From Pseudomonadota bacterium (GTDB taxonomy: Bacteria; Pseudomonadota; Alphaproteobacteria; Rhodobacterales; Rhodobacteraceae): DNA of 42,219 bases. The stretch's first letter is position 1. Every line of letters starts with the position of its first letter. A model generated the notes under the pieces. It worked only from the letters and a program-made list of their open reading frames with translations. It was not told where the DNA came from and ran no database searches. This document shows positions 35,118 to 42,219 of the stretch, in pieces. The translations under genes and the position numbers were made by a program. The stretch lies in the NCBI GenBank assembly GCA_039198535.1, contig JBCCTM010000001.1, forward strand, positions 1 through 42,219, read 5' to 3'.

Positions 35118-36323
35118 TCACCAGCCGACGGTGAGGCCGCCGCGGGCGGCGAAGGAGTTGCCCTCGAAGCCGGAGCCAAAGCCCAGATCCACGACCGCGG
35201 TGGAGGTGTCTCCCGCGAAGCCCTCGGCGACGAGGCCCGCCGCGGTGAGACCGATGGCGGCTTTGCCGTCGAACACGCCCCAGCCGACGCGGACCGCCAC
35301 GTCTTGGCCCGGCATGAAGGTCGGGTTCTCGAGCGCCAGCGCGGCGGCGATGCCGGCGGCCAGCTCATCGTCGCGCTCCTTCAGACCCTGCACGTCCTTC
35401 TGCAGCTGGCCGATGGCGCGGCTGTTGAAGGCGACCTCGGTGCCGAGCTTGTCGATCTCGAGATTGGCGTTGGCGATGTCGCGGATGTTCCGCTCACCCA
35501 CCTGACGGTTCGTCTCGATTTGGGTCGCGTTGTCCGCAACGCCAGCGGCGTTGTCCGCCACGCCAGCGGCGTTGTCCGCCACACCCGCCGCATTCTGCGC
35601 CACGCCGTTCGCGTTCTGGGTGATCGCCGCCATGTTTTGCGCGGTCTTCGCGGTGTTCGCGTCGATCTGCGTCTTATTGTCGGCGATATCGCCGGCGTTG
35701 GCCTGCATCCCGGCGGTGTTGTTGTCCGCCTGATCGCCGATGGCGTCCATCGCCGTCTTGTGCTGGGCCAGCGTGTTCTTGTTCTCGGCCACGCCGTCGG
35801 TGTTCTTCTCGATGGCGCGGGTGTTGTTGTTCTGCTGGCGCTTCAACGAGCCGATCGTGTCGGTGTTGTCCTCGATGGCGCGGGTGTTGTTGTTCTGCTG
35901 GCGCTTCAGCGAGCCGATCGTGTCGGTGTTGTCCTCGATGGCGCGGGTGTTGTTGTTCTGCTGACGCTTCAGCGAGCCGATCGTGTCGGTGTTCTCAGCC
36001 ACGTCATGGGCCAACCCGGCGATGGCCGCGCCATTGGCCTTCACGCCTTTGGCGGTGGTCCGCACCTTCCGCATCGTCCGCTTAATTTTGCGCTCGTTCT
36101 TTTTAATCGCCTTTTTGTTCTGCTTGATCTTTTTCGCGTTCTTTTTGACGCCCTTGTTGTTGAGCTTGAACGTGTTGTTGATCACCAGCGCATTTTGCGT
36201 GAGGCCGTTCCCAGTCGACCCGGTGGCCAGCGCCGGCGTTGATACGCCCGCGACGAGCGCCGCCATGGTAAGCGAAAAAACAGCGCCATGGTAAAGCGCG
36301 CGACCTTTTGTACCGTTGGACAT
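35118..36323 (-). CDS. trimeric autotransporter adhesin-like protein (YadA-type anchor, coiled-coil passenger, no head)
   Basis: ATG 36323 with signal peptide (AVFSLTMAALVAGVSTPALA). C-terminal anchor AAGIAAALALENP...GWGVFDGKAAIGLTAAG...GGLTVGW. The passenger consists of heptad repeats. Confidence 0.85.
   Translation of the reverse strand: MSNGTKGRALYHGAVFSLTMAALVAGVSTPALATGSTGNGLTQNALVINNTFKLNNKGVKKNAKKIKQNKKAIKKNERKIKRTMRKVRTTAKGVKANGAAIAGLAHDVAENTDTIGSLKRQQNNNTRAIEDNTDTIGSLKRQQNNNTRAIEDNTDTIGSLKRQQNNNTRAIEKNTDGVAENKNTLAQHKTAMDAIGDQADNNTAGMQANAGDIADNKTQIDANTAKTAQNMAAITQNANGVAQNAAGVADNAAGVADNAAGVADNATQIETNRQVGERNIRDIANANLEIDKLGTEVAFNSRAIGQLQKDVQGLKERDDELAAGIAAALALENPTFMPGQDVAVRVGWGVFDGKAAIGLTAAGLVAEGFAGDTSTAVVDLGFGSGFEGNSFAARGGLTVGW
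35529..35591 (-). repeat. 3 x 21-bp tandem repeat (AAGVADN heptads) inside the adhesin gene
   Basis: gttgtccgc[a/c]acgccagcggc units read directly. A degenerate fourth copy follows. Confidence 0.85.
35805..35993 (-). repeat. 3 x 63-bp near-identical tandem repeat (NTDTIGSLKRQQNNNTRAIE[D/K]) inside the adhesin gene
   Basis: Three consecutive 63-bp units differ by only 1-2 substitutions each. Confidence 0.9.
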
Positions 36324-36741
36324 TGCCGACCCTCTCTCTGTGTGCGCCGTCGAGGCGTGCGGAGGGGTGGCAAGAGGTGATCCAATTCGGCCCCGTCTCA
36401 GGTTTTTCAAGCAAAAACAGAGCTCTAATGACGGGGAGGAGCGCCAAGGGGACGGCGGATCCTCTAGCGAGGCGCAGCGCGACGTGTTGGATTGAGACAA
36501 TTCGCCTGCTGCGCGAGTGAAATCGGAACAAGCGGACACAGCGCGACGGCGGGCCGGGGCCGGCGGTGGCACAGCCTCTCCGGTCGACATCTCCACGGTG
36601 CGGTCGGGGCGTCGACGCCGCACTCGCCGAGACGGTTGCTTTTTTTCGCTAACGGCCGGGCGCTGGCGCCTTCCGGTTAAGGATAATGGGCTATACCCGA
36701 CGACGGGTGAGTGGACCGGGTTGGATGGGATACCGAGAATA

Positions 36742-37425
36742 ATGATGGCCGAAACGCGCCACGCGCAACCGACTGCCGCCCCGATCGACGACGTCACGCT
36801 CGTCTCGATGCTGAGCTCCCGCATTTGCCATGATCTGGCCGGGCCGATCGGCGCGCTGGGCAATGGCGTTGAATTCCTCGGCGGACGCGTCGACGACGCC
36901 ACCCGGGACCACGCAAACCGCGTGATCGCGGACAGCACGCGCCAAGCGGCGGCGCGCCTCGCCTTTTACCGGGCGGCGTTCGGCGTCGGCGGCTCCATGG
37001 GAGACCAGGTGCGCCTCTCCGAGCTTCGGGACATGAGCGCCGCTCTGCTCGAAGGCGGCCGAGTGCAGCTTGACTGGGAGCCCGGCGACGATGTGCTGCC
37101 GCGGCATAGCATGCGGCTGCTGCTCAATCTCGTGCTGCTGGGCGTCGAGGCCTTGCCCCGCGGCGGCGTGCTGCGCGTGGGCCTCGCCGCGCCCGAGGGA
37201 TCAGCGGAGCGGATGATGCTGGTGGTCGCGGAAGGCCCGATGCTGAAGCTGACGCCGCGCATCCAGTCTCTCCTGCTGGAGGGCGGCCTTGGCGGCGACC
37301 CAAAGCCGATGGAGCCCAAAGAGAGCCCGGCCCTCCTCACCCATCGCCTGGCGGCCGCGCTCGGCTCTCGCCTCAACTGCGCGGAAGAGCCCGGCCATGT
37401 GATCTTGGCGGCGTCGCTCATCTGA
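36742..37425 (+). CDS. chpT: histidine phosphotransferase ChpT
   Basis: From ATG 36742: LVSMLSSRICHDLAGPIGALGNGVEFL, FYRAAFGVGG and QLDWE parallel Caulobacter ChpT (LAARLCHDFISPASAIVSGLDLL, FTRVAFGAS, LDWQ). Confidence 0.8.
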   Translation: MMAETRHAQPTAAPIDDVTLVSMLSSRICHDLAGPIGALGNGVEFLGGRVDDATRDHANRVIADSTRQAAARLAFYRAAFGVGGSMGDQVRLSELRDMSAALLEGGRVQLDWEPGDDVLPRHSMRLLLNLVLLGVEALPRGGVLRVGLAAPEGSAERMMLVVAEGPMLKLTPRIQSLLLEGGLGGDPKPMEPKESPALLTHRLAAALGSRLNCAEEPGHVILAASLI

Positions 37426-37447
37426 TCGACACCGCCGCGCTCAGGAC

Positions 37448-39055
37448 CTACTGCGCCATCAGCTGAAATTTCAGCCCTTCGGCGCGCTTGATCAGTTTGG
37501 TGGCGCGGAGCTTTTCGAGCTGCGCGTCCGTCAAGGGCGCATCTAGGCCGATCAGGGTGATCGCCTCGCCGCCTGGGCCTGAGCGGCCCATGGAAAACGT
37601 GGCGATATTCGCGCCCTCTTCGCCCAGCGCCGTGCCCAGAGCGCCCACGAAACCCGGCTTATCCTCATTGGTGGTGTAGAGCATGTGAGGGGAGGGCTCC
37701 GCCTCCAGATTGATGCCTTTGATCTGGATGAACCGCGCCCGGCCGTCTGAGAAGACGGTCGCCGCCGCCGAGCGCGTTTGGCTCGCCGTGGTGACGATCA
37801 TACGCACATAGCCCTCATAGGCGCTGCCGGTGCGCTCATTGCGCGTCTCCGCCAGCTCGACGCCCCTTTCTTTCGCCAGCACAGGCGCTGACACCATATT
37901 GACGCTATCGCCCAGGGTCGGCCGCAGGAAAGCCGCCAGAGCCGCCGCGGTGAGCGGCTTCACGTTCAGCTCCGCCGCCGAGCCCACATATTCAATCTCC
38001 ACCCGCTTGACCGGATCATGGGTCAACTGGCCAGTGAGCGCGCCCAGGATCTCAGCGACCTCCACCCAGGGCTTGAGGCGCGGGGCCTCCTCCGCGGTGA
38101 TCGAGGGCATATTGATGGCGTTGCTGACCGCGCCGTCGAGCAAATAATCGCTCATCTGCTCGGCCACCTGCAGCGCCACATTCTCCTGCGCCTCCTTAGT
38201 GGCCGCGCCCAGATGCGGCGTCACCACCACGTTCTCCAAGCCGAACAGTGGGTTCTCCTTGGCGGGCTCCTCGTCGAAGACGTCGAAGGCGGCCCCGGCG
38301 AGCCGGCCGTTTTTCACCGCATCCGCCACGGCCGCCTCGTCCACGAGCCCGCCCCGCGCGCAATTGACGATCCGCGCGGTCGGCTTCATCAGCGCGATCC
38401 GTTCGGCATTGAGCAAATTGGCGGTCTTCTCCGTCTTCGGCAGATGCAGCGTCACGAAATCGGCCCGCTTCAGCAGATCCTCGACCTGCTCGATCTTCTC
38501 AACGCCGAGTTCCCGCGCCCGCTCCACGGAGAGGAACGGATCATAAGCGATCACCTTCATGCGCAGGCCGATGGCGCGGGAGGCCACCACGGAGCCGATA
38601 TTGCCGCAGCCGATCACGCCGAGCGTTTTGCCAGTGATCTCGGTGCCCATGAAGCGCGACTTCTCCCACTTGCCGGCATGGGTGCTCTCGCTCGCTTCGG
38701 GGATGCGCCGCGCCACGGCGAACAACATGGCGATGGCGTGCTCAGCGGTGGTGATCGAATTACCGAAGGGCGTGTTCATCACGACGACGCCGCGGGCGCT
38801 GGCGGCGGGGATGTCGACATTATCGACGCCGATGCCGGCGCGGCCGATCACCTTGAGAGTGTCCGCTTTCGCCAGCAGATCGGCGGTGGCTTTGGTCGCG
38901 GACCGGATCGCGAGACCGTCATAGCCGCCGATCACCTTGGCCAGCTCTTCAGGCGATTTGCCGAGATCGGGCTCGAAATCGACCTCGACGCCGCGATCGC
39001 GGAAGATCTGCACGGCGTCGGGGGAGAGCTTATCGGAGATGAGTACCTTAGGCAT
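37448..39055 (-). CDS. serA: D-3-phosphoglycerate dehydrogenase (long form with ACT domain)
   Basis: ATG 39055 follows GAGGAG. MPKVLISDKL, GVIGCGNIGS and NCARGGLVDE, with C-terminal ASB/ACT region. 535 aa. Confidence 0.9.
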   Translation of the reverse strand: MPKVLISDKLSPDAVQIFRDRGVEVDFEPDLGKSPEELAKVIGGYDGLAIRSATKATADLLAKADTLKVIGRAGIGVDNVDIPAASARGVVVMNTPFGNSITTAEHAIAMLFAVARRIPEASESTHAGKWEKSRFMGTEITGKTLGVIGCGNIGSVVASRAIGLRMKVIAYDPFLSVERARELGVEKIEQVEDLLKRADFVTLHLPKTEKTANLLNAERIALMKPTARIVNCARGGLVDEAAVADAVKNGRLAGAAFDVFDEEPAKENPLFGLENVVVTPHLGAATKEAQENVALQVAEQMSDYLLDGAVSNAINMPSITAEEAPRLKPWVEVAEILGALTGQLTHDPVKRVEIEYVGSAAELNVKPLTAAALAAFLRPTLGDSVNMVSAPVLAKERGVELAETRNERTGSAYEGYVRMIVTTASQTRSAAATVFSDGRARFIQIKGINLEAEPSPHMLYTTNEDKPGFVGALGTALGEEGANIATFSMGRSGPGGEAITLIGLDAPLTDAQLEKLRATKLIKRAEGLKFQLMAQ

Positions 39056-39169
39056 GGGATGCTCCTCGGAGCGCGCTTGGGGGCGCTCGGCTAGGGGTGG
39101 AGGCGCGCCAGCGTCCCTCTTGCTGGGGAGCGGCCCGCGCATGATCAGACAGGATTTTGGAGTTGGGCC

Positions 39170-40351
39170 TCAGGCGGCGGCGGAGAAGCGCTCCGCCTTA
39201 GCTTGGGCGAAGGCCCAGTCGAGCCACGGCGTCAGCAGGCGAATGTCCTGCGTCTCCACTGTGGCGCCGCACCAGATCCGCAGGCCCGGCGGCGCGTCGC
39301 GATAGGCGTCGACGTCAAAGGCCGCCTCTTGCTCTTCAAGCAGCGTCACCAGCTTCTTGCTGAATTTCCGCCGCTCGCCCTCCTCAAGCGCGGCGACCTG
39401 CGGGTCGACGATCTTGAGGCAAACGGAAGTGTTGGAGCGCGAAGTCGGATCGCTCACCAAAGGCGCGACCCAGGGCGTCGCCTCGACCCACGCCATCAAA
39501 GCGGCGGTGTTGGCGTCGGCCCGGGCGATCAGCGCCTCTAGCCCGCCGAGCCCCGCGGCCCAATCGAGGGCGTCGAGGTAATCGGCCACGGCCAGCATGG
39601 ACGGGGTGTTGATGGTCGCCCCCTCGAAGATCGAGGCGTTGAGCTTGCCGCCCTTGGTGAGCCGAAAGATCTTCGGCAGCGGCCGATCGGGTTTGTAGCT
39701 CTCTAGCCGGGCCACGGCCCGCGGCGAGAGGATCAGCACGCCATGGGCCGCCTCGCCGCCCAGCACCTTCTGCCAGGAGAACGTGCCCACATCGATCTTC
39801 GCCCAGTCGATGTCTTGGGCGAAGGCGGCGGAGGTGGCGTCGCAAATGACGATGCGCTCCGGGTTGTCGACGATCCAATCGGCGTTGGCCACGCGGGCCC
39901 CGGAGGTCGTGCCGTTCCAATTGAACAGGAGGTCGGCGTCAGGCCGCGCGGCGGAGAGATCCGGCAGCTCGCCATAGGGGGCTTCGAGCACGTTGCAGTC
40001 GGCCAGCTTCAGCTGCTTGACCGCGTCGGTGACCCAACCGGCGCCGAAGCTCTCCCAGGTGAGCATGTCCACATGCCGCGCCCCGAGCATGGACCACATG
40101 GCCATCTCGACCGCGCCGGTGTCGGAGGCCGGTACAATGCCGACCAGGTAACCCTCGGGCAGGCCAAGCACCTGCTTGGTTTTCTCAATGGCTTCTTTGA
40201 GCTGAGCTTTCGGCCCTTTGGCGCGGTGTGATCGACCCAGCAGCGCGCGCTCGGCGACGCTCTCTAAGGTCCATCCAGGACGCTTAGGGCAGGGGCCCGA
40301 AGAAAAGGAAGGTTGCGCAGGCTTCTGCGCCGGCATCACTGCCAGAGCCAT
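39170..40351 (-). CDS. serC: phosphoserine aminotransferase
   Basis: FSSGPCPKRPGW, and FSWQKVLGGEAAHGVLILSPRA (PLP-Lys context), of the alphaproteobacterial/archaeal-type SerC. Alternative start at ATG 40336. Upstream of serA on the same strand. Confidence 0.85.
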   Translation of the reverse strand: MALAVMPAQKPAQPSFSSGPCPKRPGWTLESVAERALLGRSHRAKGPKAQLKEAIEKTKQVLGLPEGYLVGIVPASDTGAVEMAMWSMLGARHVDMLTWESFGAGWVTDAVKQLKLADCNVLEAPYGELPDLSAARPDADLLFNWNGTTSGARVANADWIVDNPERIVICDATSAAFAQDIDWAKIDVGTFSWQKVLGGEAAHGVLILSPRAVARLESYKPDRPLPKIFRLTKGGKLNASIFEGATINTPSMLAVADYLDALDWAAGLGGLEALIARADANTAALMAWVEATPWVAPLVSDPTSRSNTSVCLKIVDPQVAALEEGERRKFSKKLVTLLEEQEAAFDVDAYRDAPPGLRIWCGATVETQDIRLLTPWLDWAFAQAKAERFSAAA

Positions 40352-40548
40352 GGACTGTCTCCATGTCGGGGCGAGTTCGGCTGAGCGCGGCCTCTCTCGC
40401 CCTCGCGAGACCGACGCCCGCGCGCCGTATCGCGCCGCGGACGCTGTCCCGTCAAGCGGTGTTCTCGCCCATGGGCCGTCCCAAAAGGCGAAGCGCGTTC
40501 AAAAACAATGGGATAAAAATAGTTTCAACAAGCGAGGAAGGATGCGGA

Positions 40549-42219
40549 TCACGGAGCGGACCGCTTTTGAAGCGTCCCATCATGCGGCTCGGCTTGCTCA
40601 TCTCTCGCGTCCAAGAGGAAGCTCAACTCATCGGCGTTCACCGGCCTTGAGAAGAGATAGCCCTGCCCCTGGTCGCATCCGAGACGCTTGAGCCACGCCT
40701 CCTCTTCCGCCGACTCAATGCCCTCGGCCGTGGTGGTCAGCCCAAGGCTCTGCGTGAGCCCTAAGATTCCCTCCACGATCTTCCGGTTCTCGGTGTCGTC
40801 CTGCGCGTCGGTGACGAAACTCCGGTCGATCTTGACCTTATCAAACTGGAGCTGCCGCAGGCTGGACAGGCTGGAGTAGCCGGTGCCGAAATCGTCGAGC
40901 GCCACGCGCACGCCGGTCTCTTTCAGCTCCGCCAGCGTGGCGCGGGCGGCGTCGAGATCCAGGATCACCGCGTTTTCCGTCAGCTCGATCTCCAGCCGCT
41001 CGGGCGGAAAGCCTGTCTCCGCCAGCACGCGGTGGATCGCGCTCGCCAAGTTGGGGTCGCGAAACTGCAGCGGAGAGACGTTGAAGGCGAGCGTGAGCGC
41101 GTTTGGCCAGCGTGCGGCGGCCCGGCAGGCTTTGCGGAGCACCGCCTCGCTCAATTCGCCAATCACGCCGGCCTCTTCGGCGATCGGCACGAACTCCACC
41201 GGAAGCACCACGCCGCGGGTCGGATGCCGCCAGCGCGCCAGCACCTCGACGCCGCAGATATCGTCGGTGCCCAGATCCACGAGCGGTTGGAAATACGGCT
41301 CGAACTCATCGGCCTTCAGCGCGCGGAGCATATCCGTCTCCAACGCCGCGCGCTTGCGGAGCAGCTCGCCCATGGCTTCATCGAAATGCGCCACTTGATT
41401 GCGGCCATTGCCCTTGGCGCAGTACATTGCTTGATCCGCGCGGCGGAGCAGCTGCTCCAGGCCCTCCGCGGGCTCGGCGGTGGCCACGCCGATGCTGGCG
41501 CTGACGTCAAGTTGCTGCGCCGCGCTTAGGCCAGCGCCCAGTCCTATTCCCGCGCCCACGCCCGCGCCCACTGCCGCGCCCGTCGATCCGATCGGTTTCG
41601 CCACCTGCGCCAACATCCGCCGCGCCGCGCCTGTCGCGGCGGCTTGCGCGTCGGCTGCGTCGAGGGGGTAGACGACCACAAACTCGTCCCCGCCAATTCG
41701 GGCGACCACAGCGCCCTGCGGCGCGCTTCGCTCAATCCTTGCGGCGACGGTGGTGATCATATGGTCGCCCACCGCATGTCCGAGCGTGTCGTTCACGGGC
41801 TTCAGGCGATCGAGGTCGACGAGGAGGGCCGCAAGATGGCGGCCGCCCGCCTCCGCTTCTGCGATCAGCTGCGGAGCGACGGCGCTCAAATGGCGGCGGT
41901 TGGCGAGGCCGGTGAGGTGATCCCTTTGCGCGAGCCGCTCCGCCTCGCTTTCCGCCGCTCGGCGGCGCATGGCCTCCGCCTTCAGGCGTCGGCTTTCGAA
42001 AATGAGCGTTACGGCGAGGGCGATGGCCAGGATCTGCCCGAACAGGAGCAGCATCTCCAAGGCGACGCCGTCTTGCGCCTCGCGGAGCGCGCGGAGCGCG
42101 GCGGGCCCGTCCAGCGCCAGAAGCGCGCCATAGACGGCGGTCGCGGCGAGGGCGATCAGCGCATGCGGGCCCCAAAGCCTGACTGACTTCGCTCGCGCGA
42201 GAAGGCTCGAAAACAGCCC
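40549..42219 (-). CDS. membrane-anchored GGDEF-EAL protein, 5' end outside window
   Basis: Frame stays open to the window edge and contains at least two TM helices. GGDEF domain (RDHLTGLANRR, RIGGDEFVVV). EAL domain (EVLARWRHP, DDFGTGYSSL, KIDRSF, EGIES, QGYLFSRP). Confidence 0.85.
   Translation of the reverse strand, partial: GLFSSLLARAKSVRLWGPHALIALAATAVYGALLALDGPAALRALREAQDGVALEMLLLFGQILAIALAVTLIFESRRLKAEAMRRRAAESEAERLAQRDHLTGLANRRHLSAVAPQLIAEAEAGGRHLAALLVDLDRLKPVNDTLGHAVGDHMITTVAARIERSAPQGAVVARIGGDEFVVVYPLDAADAQAAATGAARRMLAQVAKPIGSTGAAVGAGVGAGIGLGAGLSAAQQLDVSASIGVATAEPAEGLEQLLRRADQAMYCAKGNGRNQVAHFDEAMGELLRKRAALETDMLRALKADEFEPYFQPLVDLGTDDICGVEVLARWRHPTRGVVLPVEFVPIAEEAGVIGELSEAVLRKACRAAARWPNALTLAFNVSPLQFRDPNLASAIHRVLAETGFPPERLEIELTENAVILDLDAARATLAELKETGVRVALDDFGTGYSSLSSLRQLQFDKVKIDRSFVTDAQDDTENRKIVEGILGLTQSLGLTTTAEGIESAEEEAWLKRLGCDQGQGYLFSRPVNADELSFLLDARDEQAEPHDGTLQKRSAP

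Noticed and set aside
36567-36581. Sigma-54-like TGGCAC element upstream of chpT
   Set aside because: The -12 element is missing: TGGCAC-N5 is followed by CTCC rather than TTGC.
36324-36938. 205-codon N-terminal extension of the adhesin ORF (track ORF 35118..36938)
   Set aside because: The extension is Arg/Ser/Pro-rich, lacks any signal peptide, and runs antisense through the chpT start. An internal ATG at 36323 has a proper signal peptide and upstream purine-rich RBS.
38018-39094. 358-aa plus-strand ORF opposite serA (similar cases: 35304-36242 opposite the adhesin gene, 14020-14922 opposite the kinase gene)
   Set aside because: Same reasoning: no motifs, biased composition, and complete overlap with well-supported genes.
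26575-42219. Idea that the BTLCP peptidase, the autotransporter adhesin and the GGDEF-EAL protein form a LapG/LapA/LapD-like circuit
   Set aside because: The genes lie 8-15 kb apart with many unrelated housekeeping genes between them. The adhesin is a YadA-type autotransporter, not an RTX/T1SS substrate with a retention module. The GGDEF-EAL protein appears catalytically intact rather than a degenerate LapD-type receptor with a HAMP domain.
1-42219. Search for tRNA/rRNA genes, CRISPR arrays, transposases, integrases, and prophage or toxin-antitoxin modules
   Set aside because: No T-arm (GGTTCGAATCC-like) or rRNA signatures were seen. There are no regularly spaced direct repeats outside the adhesin gene. 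No ORF shows DDE, tyrosine-recombinase or phage motifs. The window looks like core chromosome.

Overview
Visibly GC-rich chromosomal segment with alphaproteobacterial hallmarks: class I lysyl-tRNA synthetase, ChpT phosphotransferase, MetZ, and a GAAC-N7-GAAC SOS box. I call about 37 protein-coding genes, tightly packed on both strands and truncated at both window edges. I recognised no rRNA, tRNA, CRISPR array, integrase or transposase. Most genes are housekeeping or central metabolism: two acyl-CoA dehydrogenases, ald, dcp, lysK, glycerate kinase, a ClC channel, metZ, class I FBP aldolase, uvrD, serA and serC. No complete, obviously new multi-gene system is demonstrable from sequence alone. 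The strongest leads are: (1) a single-polypeptide membrane desaturase fused to a PDR/VanB-type FMN-NAD-[2Fe-2S] reductase, next to an AraC regulator; (2) an operon for an unclassifiable exported Gly/Ser-rich Cys-bracketed repeat protein plus a periplasmic four-EF-hand protein, divergent from an OmpR/EnvZ-type two-component pair and separated from it by a nested palindrome (possible extracytoplasmic Ca2+ module); (3) a short head-less trimeric autotransporter adhesin with near-identical 63-bp and 21-bp tandem repeats and 12 consecutive heptads carrying Asn in one register. I also report candidate operator sites (MarR palindrome, SOS box before uvrD, CtrA-type boxes). All family calls come from motif recognition by eye, and no database search was possible. 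Many long ORFs in the track are antisense shadows typical of GC-rich DNA and were discarded.
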